Shown: positions 27,486 through 37,680, numbered from the stretch's first letter. The stretch: DNA of 64,000 bases from an uncultured Aquimarina sp. (GCA_947489195.1 CANLCT010000013.1:11100-75099), one strand, 5' to 3'. Notes: generated from the sequence alone by a model not told the origin. Numbers and translations are program-made.

Positions 27486-27938
27486 TTAGTTAATCTCTTC
27501 TAAAGATTTAACTGTTGCTAAGCTATTTTGAATCATTGACAACTGACTTTCTATAATATTTTTAGCCTGTGCTGAAAGATATGTTTCATTTAACACCTCT
27601 TTGTAATCTTCTACAGCCTTTTTTTCACCACGAATGGCTTCCTCAAGTATAGCTTCGTTACTATCAACAGAAAATGTAGTTTTCAGATCCATCCATACAC
27701 GATGAGCAGAACCTTGCATGCTACCCTCAGTTTCGGTGGCATCTTCTCCTAAGGAGCCAATAACTGCTTTTAACTGATCGGCAAACATTTCACGTTCTGT
27801 AACCTTTTTATCAAAATATGACTTTAACAAAACATCTTTTACATTTTCGCATGCCATTTCATAACCTTTTTTTGCATCAATAGTTCTTGCTAATAATTCA
27901 TTTACTTTGCTTCCTGTTTTTTCAGAATATGTTTCCAT
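27486..27938 (-). CDS. PA2169/DUF2383-family four-helix-bundle (ferritin-like) protein
   Basis: 150 aa; 'IDAKKGYEMACENV', 'REMFADQL', 'SAHRVWMDLK', 'ILEEAIRGEKKAVEDYKEVL'. Confidence 0.7.
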   Translation of the reverse strand: METYSEKTGSKVNELLARTIDAKKGYEMACENVKDVLLKSYFDKKVTEREMFADQLKAVIGSLGEDATETEGSMQGSAHRVWMDLKTTFSVDSNEAILEEAIRGEKKAVEDYKEVLNETYLSAQAKNIIESQLSMIQNSLATVKSLEEIN

Positions 27939-28278
27939 TTTTACTTGTTTTGTGTTTTACTAACTCAATAAAGATGTGAGTTATTTACATCATCTACGCC
28001 AAAATTATTATAATAACATACTGACTATTAATTCAAAAAAAAGATTTCTTGACTCTAAAAATGGCTTTAACATATTTTAACTAACGATCAATGAATAGCT
28101 AAGCGGTAAGGCTTTCAATGTTTTCTAGAAAATTACTTTAATCATTTACTTTACACATAAACAATATCACTAAAACGAATGCGGCATAACCAAGGCTGGA
28201 GTACAAATGCTTTCTGAAAATAATGTATTTGCCTATTAGTAAATGAGAACGTATAGCTACCTTTTGAGCTAACAAAAA

Positions 28279-28300
28279 ATGATTATCAATCATAATTTTG
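28279..28300 (+). promoter_or_regulatory. 6-3-6 palindrome ATGATTatcAATCAT abutting a TAATTTTG -7 box upstream of dps
   Basis: The palindrome spans 28279-28293. The TAnnTTTG match spans 28293-28300, 23 nt before ATG 28323. The half-sites look Fur/PerR-box-like. Confidence 0.3.
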
Positions 28301-28322
28301 TGCTATATAAATTTAAAACCAT

Positions 28323-28838
28323 ATGAATATGAATTATTTAAATATGAACAAAGAAGAGGTTGAACCAGTAGTAAACAAGTTAAATATCTTATTGGCTGAA
28401 TATCATATGTATTACCAGAAATTAAGAAATTTTCACTGGAACATCGTTGGCAAAAGCTTTTTTGATTTACACGAAAAATTTGAAGAATTATATGGAGACG
28501 CCAGAATTAAAATTGATGAAATTGCTGAACGTATACTTACACTAGGATACCATCCAGTAAGTCAATATAGTGATTACATGAAAATTGCTATAATTAAAGA
28601 ATCTGATTCTTTGATAACCGATCGAGAAATGGTAAAAATCTTATTAACAGATCATTCCACATTGCTTGCTACCATGAAAAATGTAATTAGCAAAGCAGGG
28701 CCTATTGGAGATGAGGGAACAATAGATATGATAGGTGCTTATATCCGTGAGTTAGAAAAATCTAGTTGGATGCTTAACGCTTGGTCAAAAAAGACTGACG
28801 AAACTTTAAATACATTAAGTATTTCTAAAATAGCTTAA
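28323..28838 (+). CDS. dps: Dps (DNA starvation/stationary-phase protection, ferritin-like)
   Basis: 171 aa. 'YQKLRNFHWNIVGKSFFDLHEKFEELY' carries the ferroxidase His/Asp/Glu residues. Confidence 0.9.
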   Translation: MNMNYLNMNKEEVEPVVNKLNILLAEYHMYYQKLRNFHWNIVGKSFFDLHEKFEELYGDARIKIDEIAERILTLGYHPVSQYSDYMKIAIIKESDSLITDREMVKILLTDHSTLLATMKNVISKAGPIGDEGTIDMIGAYIRELEKSSWMLNAWSKKTDETLNTLSISKIA

Positions 28839-28847
28839 TAAAAACTT

Positions 28848-29768
28848 ATGAAAGAAAACGAAATTATAGAAAATGCAAAGAAGCCTTTAGAAATGATATT
28901 AGGTAAATTAGGTGATTGGTATCAATCGCTGATTATTAATTTACCTAATATTGCGATTGCCATCGTTGTATTAATTATTTCATATTTACTTTCGCGATTA
29001 GTATTTAATTTAACCATTAAAGCTACAAACAATAGAATAAAACAAAAATCTGTACAGCGATTAGTAGCCAGAGGATTAGCTATTGTTGTTGTTTTGATGG
29101 GTTTATTTTTAGCACTTGGTGCACTTAACTTAGGCAAAACGTTAACAGGCTTGCTGTCTGCTGCAGGTGTTTCTGGTATTGTTATTGGTTTAGCATTACA
29201 AGGGACTTTATCAAATATGATCTCGGGTATTGTGCTTTCTTTTAGAGAAAATATTCAATTAGGCAATTGGATTGAATCTAGCGGATTTTCGGGTGAAGTT
29301 ACTGATATCAATCTTAACTATTTTGTACTGAAGGAAGCCGACAACAATTATGTAGTTATTCCTAATAAAACAATTTTAGAAAGTCCTTTTAAAAATTATT
29401 CACTAACTACGCAAATGCGTATAACCATTGAATGTGGTGTAGGTTATGGAACTGATTTAGAAAAAGCGCAGCGTATTGTTTTAGATATCATTAGTACATA
29501 TTTTAACCAAAAAGATATTGGAAGAGAATCCGAATTTTATTATACCGAGTTTGGCGATAGTTCAATTAATTTTATTTGCCGTTTTTGGGTGGATGGAGAA
29601 AGCAGTTTAGAAAAATTACAAGCCAAGAGCAAAGCAATTATAGAAATCAAAAAGGCTTTTGATAAAGAAAATATTAATATCCCATTCCCTATCAGAACAT
29701 TGGAATTTAATGACAAACTGAGCCTAAAAGCCTCAGAGAATAATAAAAATTCTATATCCATTAATTAG
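28848..29768 (+). CDS. MscS-family mechanosensitive channel
   Basis: 306 aa with three TMs, then 'GNWIESSGFSGEVTDINLNYFVLKEADNNYVVIPNKTIL' (MscS beta domain). Confidence 0.85.
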   Translation: MKENEIIENAKKPLEMILGKLGDWYQSLIINLPNIAIAIVVLIISYLLSRLVFNLTIKATNNRIKQKSVQRLVARGLAIVVVLMGLFLALGALNLGKTLTGLLSAAGVSGIVIGLALQGTLSNMISGIVLSFRENIQLGNWIESSGFSGEVTDINLNYFVLKEADNNYVVIPNKTILESPFKNYSLTTQMRITIECGVGYGTDLEKAQRIVLDIISTYFNQKDIGRESEFYYTEFGDSSINFICRFWVDGESSLEKLQAKSKAIIEIKKAFDKENINIPFPIRTLEFNDKLSLKASENNKNSISIN

Positions 29769-29833
29769 AATCATAAAATTAACTAGCATACAAGCTAAAC
29801 AGAGCATTTATCTTTAATAAAAAAACGTAAATT

Positions 29834-30133
29834 ATGAATAACGTATATGAATATACAAACGTAAGTGGAAGCGAACGTTTAGAATCTTTTTTTGAAAGTA
29901 AAATAAAAAAATTAGAAAAAAAATACCCCTTTATTACTCGTGCAGATATTTTTTTTAAAAAAGAAAATACAAATAACGGTACTAATAAAAACTGTGGTAT
30001 TCGGATAAGCGCTCCAGGACCTAGACTTTATGCCGAAGCTACCGAAAATAGTTTTGAAGAAGCTATTACCACTGCCATTAAAAGCTTAGATGTACAGCTA
30101 GAAAAAAAGAAAAGTCTATTCAATATTAATTAA
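29834..30133 (+). CDS. HPF/RaiA-family ribosome-associated factor, short form (second copy)
   Basis: 99 aa; 'RLESFFESKIKKLEKKYPFITRADIFFKKE...CGIRISAPGPRLYAEATENSFEEAITTAIKSLDVQLEKKK'. Confidence 0.65.
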   Translation: MNNVYEYTNVSGSERLESFFESKIKKLEKKYPFITRADIFFKKENTNNGTNKNCGIRISAPGPRLYAEATENSFEEAITTAIKSLDVQLEKKKSLFNIN

Positions 30134-30143
30134 AATTCTTATT

Positions 30144-30186
30144 CATAACCGAAACTATGGACTAAAATACCATAGTTTCGGTTATG
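30144..30186 (+). terminator. Hairpin terminator after the HPF gene
   Basis: Perfect 17-bp arms, cataaccgaaactatgg (30144-30160) and ccatagtttcggttatg (30170-30186), with a 9-nt loop. Confidence 0.7.
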
Positions 30187-30363
30187 ACTGAAAGTCACCA
30201 TCTTTTTAAACATCCATTTTTGCTCTTAGCTATTAGCAATAGAAATTTGATAAATACATAAGTGCCAAGAGCTAAAAGCTAACTACCAAGAGCTCTTTGT
30301 CCTATTTTTAAAGACTTTATTTATCTATAAGCTACTCTACCAAATTATTTTTAATTCAAATTG

Positions 30364-32112
30364 ATGAACGTTTTTGAAAAAAGCTCATTCTCTGTAAAAA
30401 AAATTACACTCATATTCGTTATTGGTGTAATTTGCTTGTTGAGTATTTCTTTACTTGCTTTTAGAGAACTCCTTGCGCTAAAAGATTCCTATACTTGGGT
30501 AAATCACACCTTTAATGTTGAAAATCATATTAGAAAAGTTTCTGGCAATATTGATGAATATTACATTCAAAGACTACAATCCGCAGATAACAATAGCATT
30601 AAAAATATTAACGAATTAGCTACAGAACAAAAAATATACATTGACTCCATACGAAGCCTTACAAGTGATAATTTATATCAACAACAGAATAGTATCAAAT
30701 TGGCTGTATTGACCAATGAATTTTATAATGACTCCAATAGTATAAGTAATTCTAATATTGAAATCTTATATAAAAAAACTCAGCATTCTATTGATATAAT
30801 GCTACTCGAAGAACAACGTATGTTATTAAAAAGGCAAAAAACTTTTGAAGAAAAAACACGAGCTTCTCTCATATTATTCCTAATAGTTATTATTGTTGCC
30901 ATAGGATTTTTCACGTATAATTATATACGAATCAACAAAAATAGACTTGAACTTCAGCATACACAACAGTTTTTAAATAGAATCATTTCAAGCACAGATA
31001 ATATTACCTCATACTTCTCTCCGATCTATAATGGAGATAATGAACTTATCGATTTTAAAATTGTTTTTACTAGTGAAGATATCAAAGAAGTAATTGGTAA
31101 GAAATCTACAAAAATAAGAGGAAAATTAGTTTCGGAAGTATACCCTATTCTCTTTAAAAATGGGGTTTTTGACATATTAAAATCTTGTGTTGAAAATCCT
31201 GGAGAACTTAAAAACTATGTGCGCAAATTTAACTTTATTGGCGAGGATTTTTGGTTTGATAGTTCGGCATTAGAACTTGATGGCGGCGTAGTTATTAGTT
31301 CTAAAAACATTACAAAGCTTATAACTACCGAACAAAAAACAAAAAAATTAAACAAACAACTTACTAAACAAAACAAAGCTTTAGTAACTAGTAATGAAGA
31401 ATTAGAAGCGTTTAGCCGAATTGCTAGCCATGATTTGCAAGAACCTTTGCGTAAAATACAAATGTTTGTTGATCGGGTTTTTGAATCCGATATGGATAAT
31501 TTATCCAGTTCTGGAAAAAAATACTTAGCAAAATCTATGGATGCTGCCGATCGTATGCAAAATTTAATTAAATATTTACTCACTTACTCCCGTGTAAATC
31601 GAAAGGACGCTAAATTAACAACAGTTGATCTAAATACAATAATTAACTCGGTAAGTACTGAATTTTTTGAAGCACTTCAAAATTCAAATGCTGTAATTAC
31701 TACCGAAACACTTCCTGTAATCAAAGGAGTAGCATTTCAGTTAGAACAACTATTTAATAATTTAATTTCAAACTCAATAAAATACCGAGATACTCACCGA
31801 CCTTTAAAAATTAAAATTAGCAGTAAAATTGTATCAGGTACTTTACTTCCTAAAACTATAGCAACCAAACCAGAAAAAACCTATTATTGTATTGAAGTTA
31901 ATGATAACGGTATTGGGTTTGATGAACAAAACAGAACTCATATCTTCGAAATATTTCAACGCTTGCATCTAAAAGACGAATATTCTGGCTATGGCATTGG
32001 TCTGTCTATTTGTAAAAAAATTATGCACTCCCATGAAGGCTATATTAGTGCTTATGGAGAAAAAGATAAAGGTGCCACTTTTCAGCTATTTTTCCCGAAA
32101 AAAAACCTGTAA
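30364..32112 (+). CDS. Sensor histidine kinase: CHASE3-like extracytoplasmic region, TM, PAS, HisKA, HATPase
   Basis: About 582 aa (TTG 30361 / ATG 30364). Two TMs bracket 'YTWVNHTFNVENHI'. H-box 'SHDLQEPLRKIQMF'; G-boxes 'NDNGIGF' and 'GYGIGLSI'. Confidence 0.85.
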   Translation: MNVFEKSSFSVKKITLIFVIGVICLLSISLLAFRELLALKDSYTWVNHTFNVENHIRKVSGNIDEYYIQRLQSADNNSIKNINELATEQKIYIDSIRSLTSDNLYQQQNSIKLAVLTNEFYNDSNSISNSNIEILYKKTQHSIDIMLLEEQRMLLKRQKTFEEKTRASLILFLIVIIVAIGFFTYNYIRINKNRLELQHTQQFLNRIISSTDNITSYFSPIYNGDNELIDFKIVFTSEDIKEVIGKKSTKIRGKLVSEVYPILFKNGVFDILKSCVENPGELKNYVRKFNFIGEDFWFDSSALELDGGVVISSKNITKLITTEQKTKKLNKQLTKQNKALVTSNEELEAFSRIASHDLQEPLRKIQMFVDRVFESDMDNLSSSGKKYLAKSMDAADRMQNLIKYLLTYSRVNRKDAKLTTVDLNTIINSVSTEFFEALQNSNAVITTETLPVIKGVAFQLEQLFNNLISNSIKYRDTHRPLKIKISSKIVSGTLLPKTIATKPEKTYYCIEVNDNGIGFDEQNRTHIFEIFQRLHLKDEYSGYGIGLSICKKIMHSHEGYISAYGEKDKGATFQLFFPKKNL

Positions 32113-32361
32113 TACTTTAATTCAAATAGTTGAATTAAAAAAACAACAAGACTTTTAAGTTTACATTTAGTATATACCCTATATCCTTTTACAAAATCAC
32201 ACAAAGTGTGACTAATTATTGTTGTATTTTAATCAAAATTATTTGATAGAGCACACATTTGTTTTATAAGAGTTGAAATAATCCATTTTAAAAAAGAAGG
32301 AATAATTAACTTTACCAAATAATTTTAAACGAATGAATAATTTGTTTAGCTAAAAGTATCG

Positions 32362-32910
32362 ATGAAATTATACCTTAAATACGACATTAATAAAACTTTT
32401 AAAAGTGTGCTTGAAGAGCAATTAAATAAACTTGAAATATCCTATCAAATTAATGGATTAGGTGAAGTTGAATTTGTAGAAAGTATTAGTATTGAAAAAA
32501 TGAAAGAATTGACGACACTTCTTTCTATTTATGGTATTTCTATTGTGAATGATCACAAAACTCAAATGGTTCAAAAAATTAAAGATCTAATTACCGAGGC
32601 TATTAACTCGAATGAAAAAGTAACTACTAACTTTTCCACCTATATAGCCGAAAATTTGGGTTACTCCTACGCTTATTTATCTAGTCTATTTTCTAAAACA
32701 ACTTACACATCAATCGAAAATTATATCATCATAACCAAGGTAGATAAGGTTAAAGAGCTTATTACCGCTCAACATTTAACACTTACAGAAGTTGCACATC
32801 AGCTAGGTTACAGTAGTGTAGCACATTTATCTGGACAGTTTAAAAAAACTACAGGATTAACACCTACCCTATTTCAAAAAATAATTAAACAACGTAAAAA
32901 ACTAGGATAA
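32362..32910 (+). CDS. Short AraC-type HTH regulator (182 aa)
   Basis: C-terminal 'LTEVAHQLGYSSVAHLSGQFKKTTGLTPTLF' is an HTH_18 segment. Its stop lies 1 nt before the receiver gene start. Confidence 0.75.
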   Translation: MKLYLKYDINKTFKSVLEEQLNKLEISYQINGLGEVEFVESISIEKMKELTTLLSIYGISIVNDHKTQMVQKIKDLITEAINSNEKVTTNFSTYIAENLGYSYAYLSSLFSKTTYTSIENYIIITKVDKVKELITAQHLTLTEVAHQLGYSSVAHLSGQFKKTTGLTPTLFQKIIKQRKKLG

Positions 32911-32911
32911 A

Positions 32912-33358
32912 ATGGTTAGAGATACACTACACATAGTTTTAGTTGATGATGACGAAGACGATAGAGACTTTTTTAGAGAAGCTATTGAAGAAATTGATAT
33001 GGATACCACTTTGTCGATGTTTGTAAATGGCCAAGAATTTTTAGATCACATTACCATACCCAATCAAAAACTACCTCAAATCGTATTTTTAGATTTAAAT
33101 ATGCCCATTAAAAATGGTTTGGAATGCCTAAAAGAAATCAAAGAAAATAATCTTTTAGAAAAATTATCGGTAGCTATTTATTCAACATCATCTTCTGAAG
33201 AAGATATTGAACGTACTTTTGTGTTAGGAGCCAATGTGTACATAAACAAACCCAATAGTTTTAAAAAATTAAAAAAAGCTGTTGAAGAAGTATTAAAAGT
33301 GAATTGGCAGTACCACACTTCAAATCTTAATAAAGAAAATTTTTTATTGAGAGTATAA
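32912..33358 (+). CDS. Single-domain response regulator (receiver only)
   Basis: 148 aa; 'VLVDDDEDD', phospho-acceptor context 'IVFLDLNMP', 'YSTSS', 'YINKP'. Confidence 0.9.
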   Translation: MVRDTLHIVLVDDDEDDRDFFREAIEEIDMDTTLSMFVNGQEFLDHITIPNQKLPQIVFLDLNMPIKNGLECLKEIKENNLLEKLSVAIYSTSSSEEDIERTFVLGANVYINKPNSFKKLKKAVEEVLKVNWQYHTSNLNKENFLLRV

Positions 33359-33539
33359 CTGACTAAGCTTACATTTTTTTTGAAAAAAATTCCATATCAA
33401 TATACTTTCTATTTGGTATTATTAATGATTTTAAGAATAACCGATTGGGTTAATTCTTAAATCAAATATTAGTTATATTGCAATCAAACCTTTCACACAA
33501 TTACAACAAATTGTTAGTAAAAAATAGTTCAAACAATTT

Positions 33540-35075
33540 ATGTTAGACTTTAACAACCATAGTTTTCTGAATGAGGTATTAAAATATTCTGAAGGAATGA
33601 TTTCATTCTTTAAACCAGTGTATACCAAAGATCGAATTACAGATTACGAATTATATTTTTTATCTGAAAATTTCAAAAAATATATTCACTTAGAAATTGA
33701 TTTAATTTTACACAAAAAACTCTCCGAAGTATTTCCCGTAATTTTTCAAAACGGAATGTTCGAAATTTTCAATTCGTGCATGAATAAAGCAGATTTTGAA
33801 ATAAACTTTGAACGCAGAATAGACTTTTATAAAAATAAGGTATGGTTTGAAAATAAAGCCATTAAGTACAACGAATATATTTTATTAAGTTCTAAAGAAA
33901 TTACAAGACTTAAAAGCGCTGAAACTAAATTAAAGCAGGTATTAAAAGATGTTGAATACAATAACACCATATTAAATGATTCCGAATCCATATCAAAAAC
34001 AGGCAGTTTTAGATGGAATCTAAAAAAAAACTCTTGGCAATTTTCAAAAAATATGATAGCATTCTTTGACCAATTTCAAGTTACTGCTAAGCAATACAAT
34101 AACTTGGGCGTTTTTAGCTTATTAAACGATACTGATAAAGAAAAATTAACTACTGAAATTGAAAATTTTAATTATTATAAAAAAATTGAAAATTTTAATT
34201 TTATAGTAATCAACAAATTAAAAACCACAACTTATTTTTCATTAAGAGCTGGTTTTTCACCTTCTAAAACAGGACCTATTTTATTAGGTGTTATAAAAGA
34301 TATTACTGAGATCACCAATAATGCACTTTTGCTAAAAAGTAAAAACTCTGAATTAATAAAATCAAATGAAGAATTGGCTTCTTTTAACCAAGTGGTAAGT
34401 CATGACCTGCAGGAACCTCTAAGAAAAATTCAGATGTTTATATCAAGAATAAACAGCGAAAATTCTGAAGAAAAAAATAAAAATTACCTCAATAAAATTG
34501 CCGATACTTCAAATAAAATGCAACAACTTATTAAAAGTATTTTGCATTATGCTTCATTAGACGCTAATGAACACAAATTTGTGGAACTGGATCTTACTAC
34601 TATAATTAATGATACCATTGATGATTTAGATCAACAAATTGAGGATGTACATGCTAAAGTTGAAGTAAAAAATCTTCCCTTTGTTAATGGGGAATACCAC
34701 CTTTTAAAACAATTGTTTAATAATCTTTTAAGCAATGCCATAAAATACAGAAAAACCAATAAAGATTTAATTATTAGTATTGAAAACGAATATTTTTTAG
34801 AAGACACATTAAATATTAACAATAAAATTTGCTTGTCTAGTAAAGATTATCATAAAATATCAATTAATGATAATGGTATTGGTTTTGAACAACAATTTGC
34901 TCCTAAAATTTTTAAAGTCTTTCAAAGGCTTCATAACTTTTCTGAATCTAAAGGTACTGGCATTGGCCTAGCCATAGCCGAAAAGGTAATTAAAATTCAT
35001 CAGGGATTAATTGATGTAAGTAGTCACCCTAATCAAGGCACTTCGTTTTATTTATATTTACCTAAAAACGCTTAA
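33540..35075 (+). CDS. Cytoplasmic PAS histidine kinase (paralogue of 30364..32112)
   Basis: 511 aa with no TM. Same PAS core ('LSEVFPVIFQNGMFEIFNSC') and H-box ('SHDLQEPLRKIQMF'); 'GTGIGLAI'. Confidence 0.85.
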   Translation: MLDFNNHSFLNEVLKYSEGMISFFKPVYTKDRITDYELYFLSENFKKYIHLEIDLILHKKLSEVFPVIFQNGMFEIFNSCMNKADFEINFERRIDFYKNKVWFENKAIKYNEYILLSSKEITRLKSAETKLKQVLKDVEYNNTILNDSESISKTGSFRWNLKKNSWQFSKNMIAFFDQFQVTAKQYNNLGVFSLLNDTDKEKLTTEIENFNYYKKIENFNFIVINKLKTTTYFSLRAGFSPSKTGPILLGVIKDITEITNNALLLKSKNSELIKSNEELASFNQVVSHDLQEPLRKIQMFISRINSENSEEKNKNYLNKIADTSNKMQQLIKSILHYASLDANEHKFVELDLTTIINDTIDDLDQQIEDVHAKVEVKNLPFVNGEYHLLKQLFNNLLSNAIKYRKTNKDLIISIENEYFLEDTLNINNKICLSSKDYHKISINDNGIGFEQQFAPKIFKVFQRLHNFSESKGTGIGLAIAEKVIKIHQGLIDVSSHPNQGTSFYLYLPKNA

Positions 35076-35077
35076 GT

Positions 35078-37279
35078 ATGGACAATCCATCTTCATTATA
35101 TCCAAAAGAAATAAACTTAACTAACTGCGATAAAGAGCCCATTCATCTGATTGGTCATGTACAAGATTTTGGATACTTAATGGCTTTGGATAAAGATGTG
35201 TATACCATCAATTTTATAAGCGAAAATATCTTAGATATCCTTCCAAACTCTAATAAAGCTATCAGTGATTTGGCTATTGCTGATTTTATAAATGAAACTA
35301 CACTCAACAAAATTACCAGTGATATTTCTAGCGAAAAATCGTCCCAACTAACTACAACTATAGATACTAAGGAGTATACACTGATTTATCACCTCAGCGG
35401 TTCACAATTACTATTAGAACTTGAGCAAAAAGTGATAACTACCGATATATTTAAGTATCAAGAAAATTTAACGCTTGCCATGAGCGAACTCAATGCTGTG
35501 GAAGATGAATTTTCAATGTGTGATAAAGCAGCGGAATTAATTAAAAAATTTTATGAGTACGATCGGGTAATGATCTATAAATTTGATGCGCAATGGAATG
35601 GTCAAGTCATTGCAGAACGTAAAGAAGATGAATTAGAAAGCTGGCTAGGATTGCACTACCCTGCAACCGATATTCCGCAGCAAGCCCGTAAATTATTTTT
35701 AAAGCAAGGAGTCCGAATTATTGAAAATGTAAGTTCAAAACCTGTACCGATTAGAAGTATGGGAAATGCTACTGTTTTGGATTTATCTAGGAGTGAAACA
35801 CGTTCGGTTTCTCCAATTCACATCGAGTATCTAGAAAATATGAAGGTAAATGCCACCTTAACAGCCGCCATTATTTTTCAAGATGAATTATGGGGATTAA
35901 TTGCTTGTCATAACTATAGTCCAAAGTTTATCAATCATTTTCAGCGTTTATCTTGTAAATTTATAACGCAGGTTTTTTCTAGTCAGTTAGGATTACGAGC
36001 TGCCAACTCTTTACTAAAAAAAGTAAACACCTCAACCAATGTACGCTCTGTACTTATTGAACAAATGAGTCAAAATTGGGATATCCATGCAGGTCTTTCT
36101 GGTGGTAAGTATACTATTCTAAATATTACCGAGGCACATGGCGCTGCCATTTGTATCAATAACAAAATAACTACGGTTGGAGTTACACCAAATGATCAAG
36201 ACATTATAGCACTGATAGAAGCTTTTTCTAACTCCGAAAATTCTGGAGTTTTTAGAACTTCAAATTTAGAAGGTGATTTCAATAAATTTGCTACCATAAG
36301 CGATATCGCTTCTGGTGTACTAGGCATATTCATTTCTAAAACTAGAAAAGATGCCTTGTTATGGTTTAAACCAGAAGTATTGCAAAGTGTTAATTGGGCA
36401 GGAAATCCTGAAAAATCAGTTATTCAAGAATCTAATGCTAGGATTTCACCTAGAAAGTCATTCGAAAAATGGTCGCAACAACGTAGCGGTCACAGTGATT
36501 CATGGAAAGATTATGAAATTGCAGCAGTAAAAGCTTTAAAAGAAAATATCTCTGAAATTATTATTCAGAAATATGACGAAATTACCGAACTCAATCAAAA
36601 ACTTAAAATAGCCTATAAAGAGTTAGAGGCCTTTAGTTATAGTATTTCGCATGATTTACGTTCTCCGTTAAGAGGTATCGATGGATATGCCCAAATTATA
36701 AAAGAAGATTATTATGCTACACTTGATGATTATGGTAAACAAGCTGTAGAAACTATTATTAGTTCAACTGGTAAAATGAATTTGTTGATAGATGATATTT
36801 TATCTTTCTCTGGATTAGGAAAAAAAAACACTAGCATTACTGAATTTGATATGAATCAGCTGGTCAAAGAGGTACTCAACTACTTACATGTAAAACAAAC
36901 CGATAATTATCCTAATATACATATATCCAAATTACCAAAAATTTTTGGAGACCGATCCATGATTTTTCAGTTACTCACAAATTTGATTGGTAATGCTATT
37001 AAATATTCGTCAAGAGTATCCAATCCAACTATTGAAATAGGCTATGTAAACGACACCTTTTTTGTTAAAGATAACGGTATTGGATTTGACCAAAAACATC
37101 ATAAAAAATTATTTGGTATTTTTAGTCGTTTGGTCAATGATGATTATGAAGGCAGTGGTATTGGTTTAGCAGTCTCACACAGAATAATTGAAAAACACAA
37201 CGGCAAAATTTGGGCAGAAAGCGAACCCGATAAAGGCGCCACTTTTTATTTTACTTTAAATACAACTAATGAAGACTAA
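35078..37279 (+). CDS. bphP: Bacteriophytochrome histidine kinase (PAS-GAF-PHY-HisKA-HATPase)
   Basis: 733 aa. Cys17 in 'LTNCDKEPIH'; 'PATDIPQQARKLF'; 'SPIHIEYLENMKVNATL'; H-box 'SHDLRSPLRGIDGY'; 'GSGIGLAV'. Confidence 0.92.
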   Translation: MDNPSSLYPKEINLTNCDKEPIHLIGHVQDFGYLMALDKDVYTINFISENILDILPNSNKAISDLAIADFINETTLNKITSDISSEKSSQLTTTIDTKEYTLIYHLSGSQLLLELEQKVITTDIFKYQENLTLAMSELNAVEDEFSMCDKAAELIKKFYEYDRVMIYKFDAQWNGQVIAERKEDELESWLGLHYPATDIPQQARKLFLKQGVRIIENVSSKPVPIRSMGNATVLDLSRSETRSVSPIHIEYLENMKVNATLTAAIIFQDELWGLIACHNYSPKFINHFQRLSCKFITQVFSSQLGLRAANSLLKKVNTSTNVRSVLIEQMSQNWDIHAGLSGGKYTILNITEAHGAAICINNKITTVGVTPNDQDIIALIEAFSNSENSGVFRTSNLEGDFNKFATISDIASGVLGIFISKTRKDALLWFKPEVLQSVNWAGNPEKSVIQESNARISPRKSFEKWSQQRSGHSDSWKDYEIAAVKALKENISEIIIQKYDEITELNQKLKIAYKELEAFSYSISHDLRSPLRGIDGYAQIIKEDYYATLDDYGKQAVETIISSTGKMNLLIDDILSFSGLGKKNTSITEFDMNQLVKEVLNYLHVKQTDNYPNIHISKLPKIFGDRSMIFQLLTNLIGNAIKYSSRVSNPTIEIGYVNDTFFVKDNGIGFDQKHHKKLFGIFSRLVNDDYEGSGIGLAVSHRIIEKHNGKIWAESEPDKGATFYFTLNTTNED

Positions 37280-37679
37280 GTATATCTTATCTATTGAGGA
37301 CAATAGTACCGACATCGAATTAATGAATCGTATTTTTAAAAAACGAATCGAACAATGCGAAGTCAAATATATTCAAGATGGAGAATCAGCTATTCAATTT
37401 TTTGAGTCTCAATATTTTGAAGACCATCCCCCCAAATGTATTTTACTAGATATTAAACTACCTAAAATGAATGGACTGGAAGTATTAGATTATTTTAGAA
37501 ATAAAAAAAAGATAAAAAATATTCCAGTGATTATGCTTAGCTCATCGGATAGGCCCGAAGAAATTGAAGAAACTTATAATCTAGGAGGAAATAGTTTTAT
37601 TGAAAAACCAAAGGATTTTTTAGACCTCAAAGAAAAATTACCAACTATAGTTAACTATTGGGTTAATTTTAATAAATAA
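37269..37679 (+). CDS. Single-domain response regulator (phytochrome-associated, Rcp-like)
   Basis: 136 aa, overlapping the bphP stop by 11 nt. 'ILSIEDNSTD', 'ILLDIKLPKMNGLEVL', 'MLSSS', 'FIEKP'. Confidence 0.9.
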   Translation: MKTKYILSIEDNSTDIELMNRIFKKRIEQCEVKYIQDGESAIQFFESQYFEDHPPKCILLDIKLPKMNGLEVLDYFRNKKKIKNIPVIMLSSSDRPEEIEETYNLGGNSFIEKPKDFLDLKEKLPTIVNYWVNFNK

Positions 37680-37680
37680 T

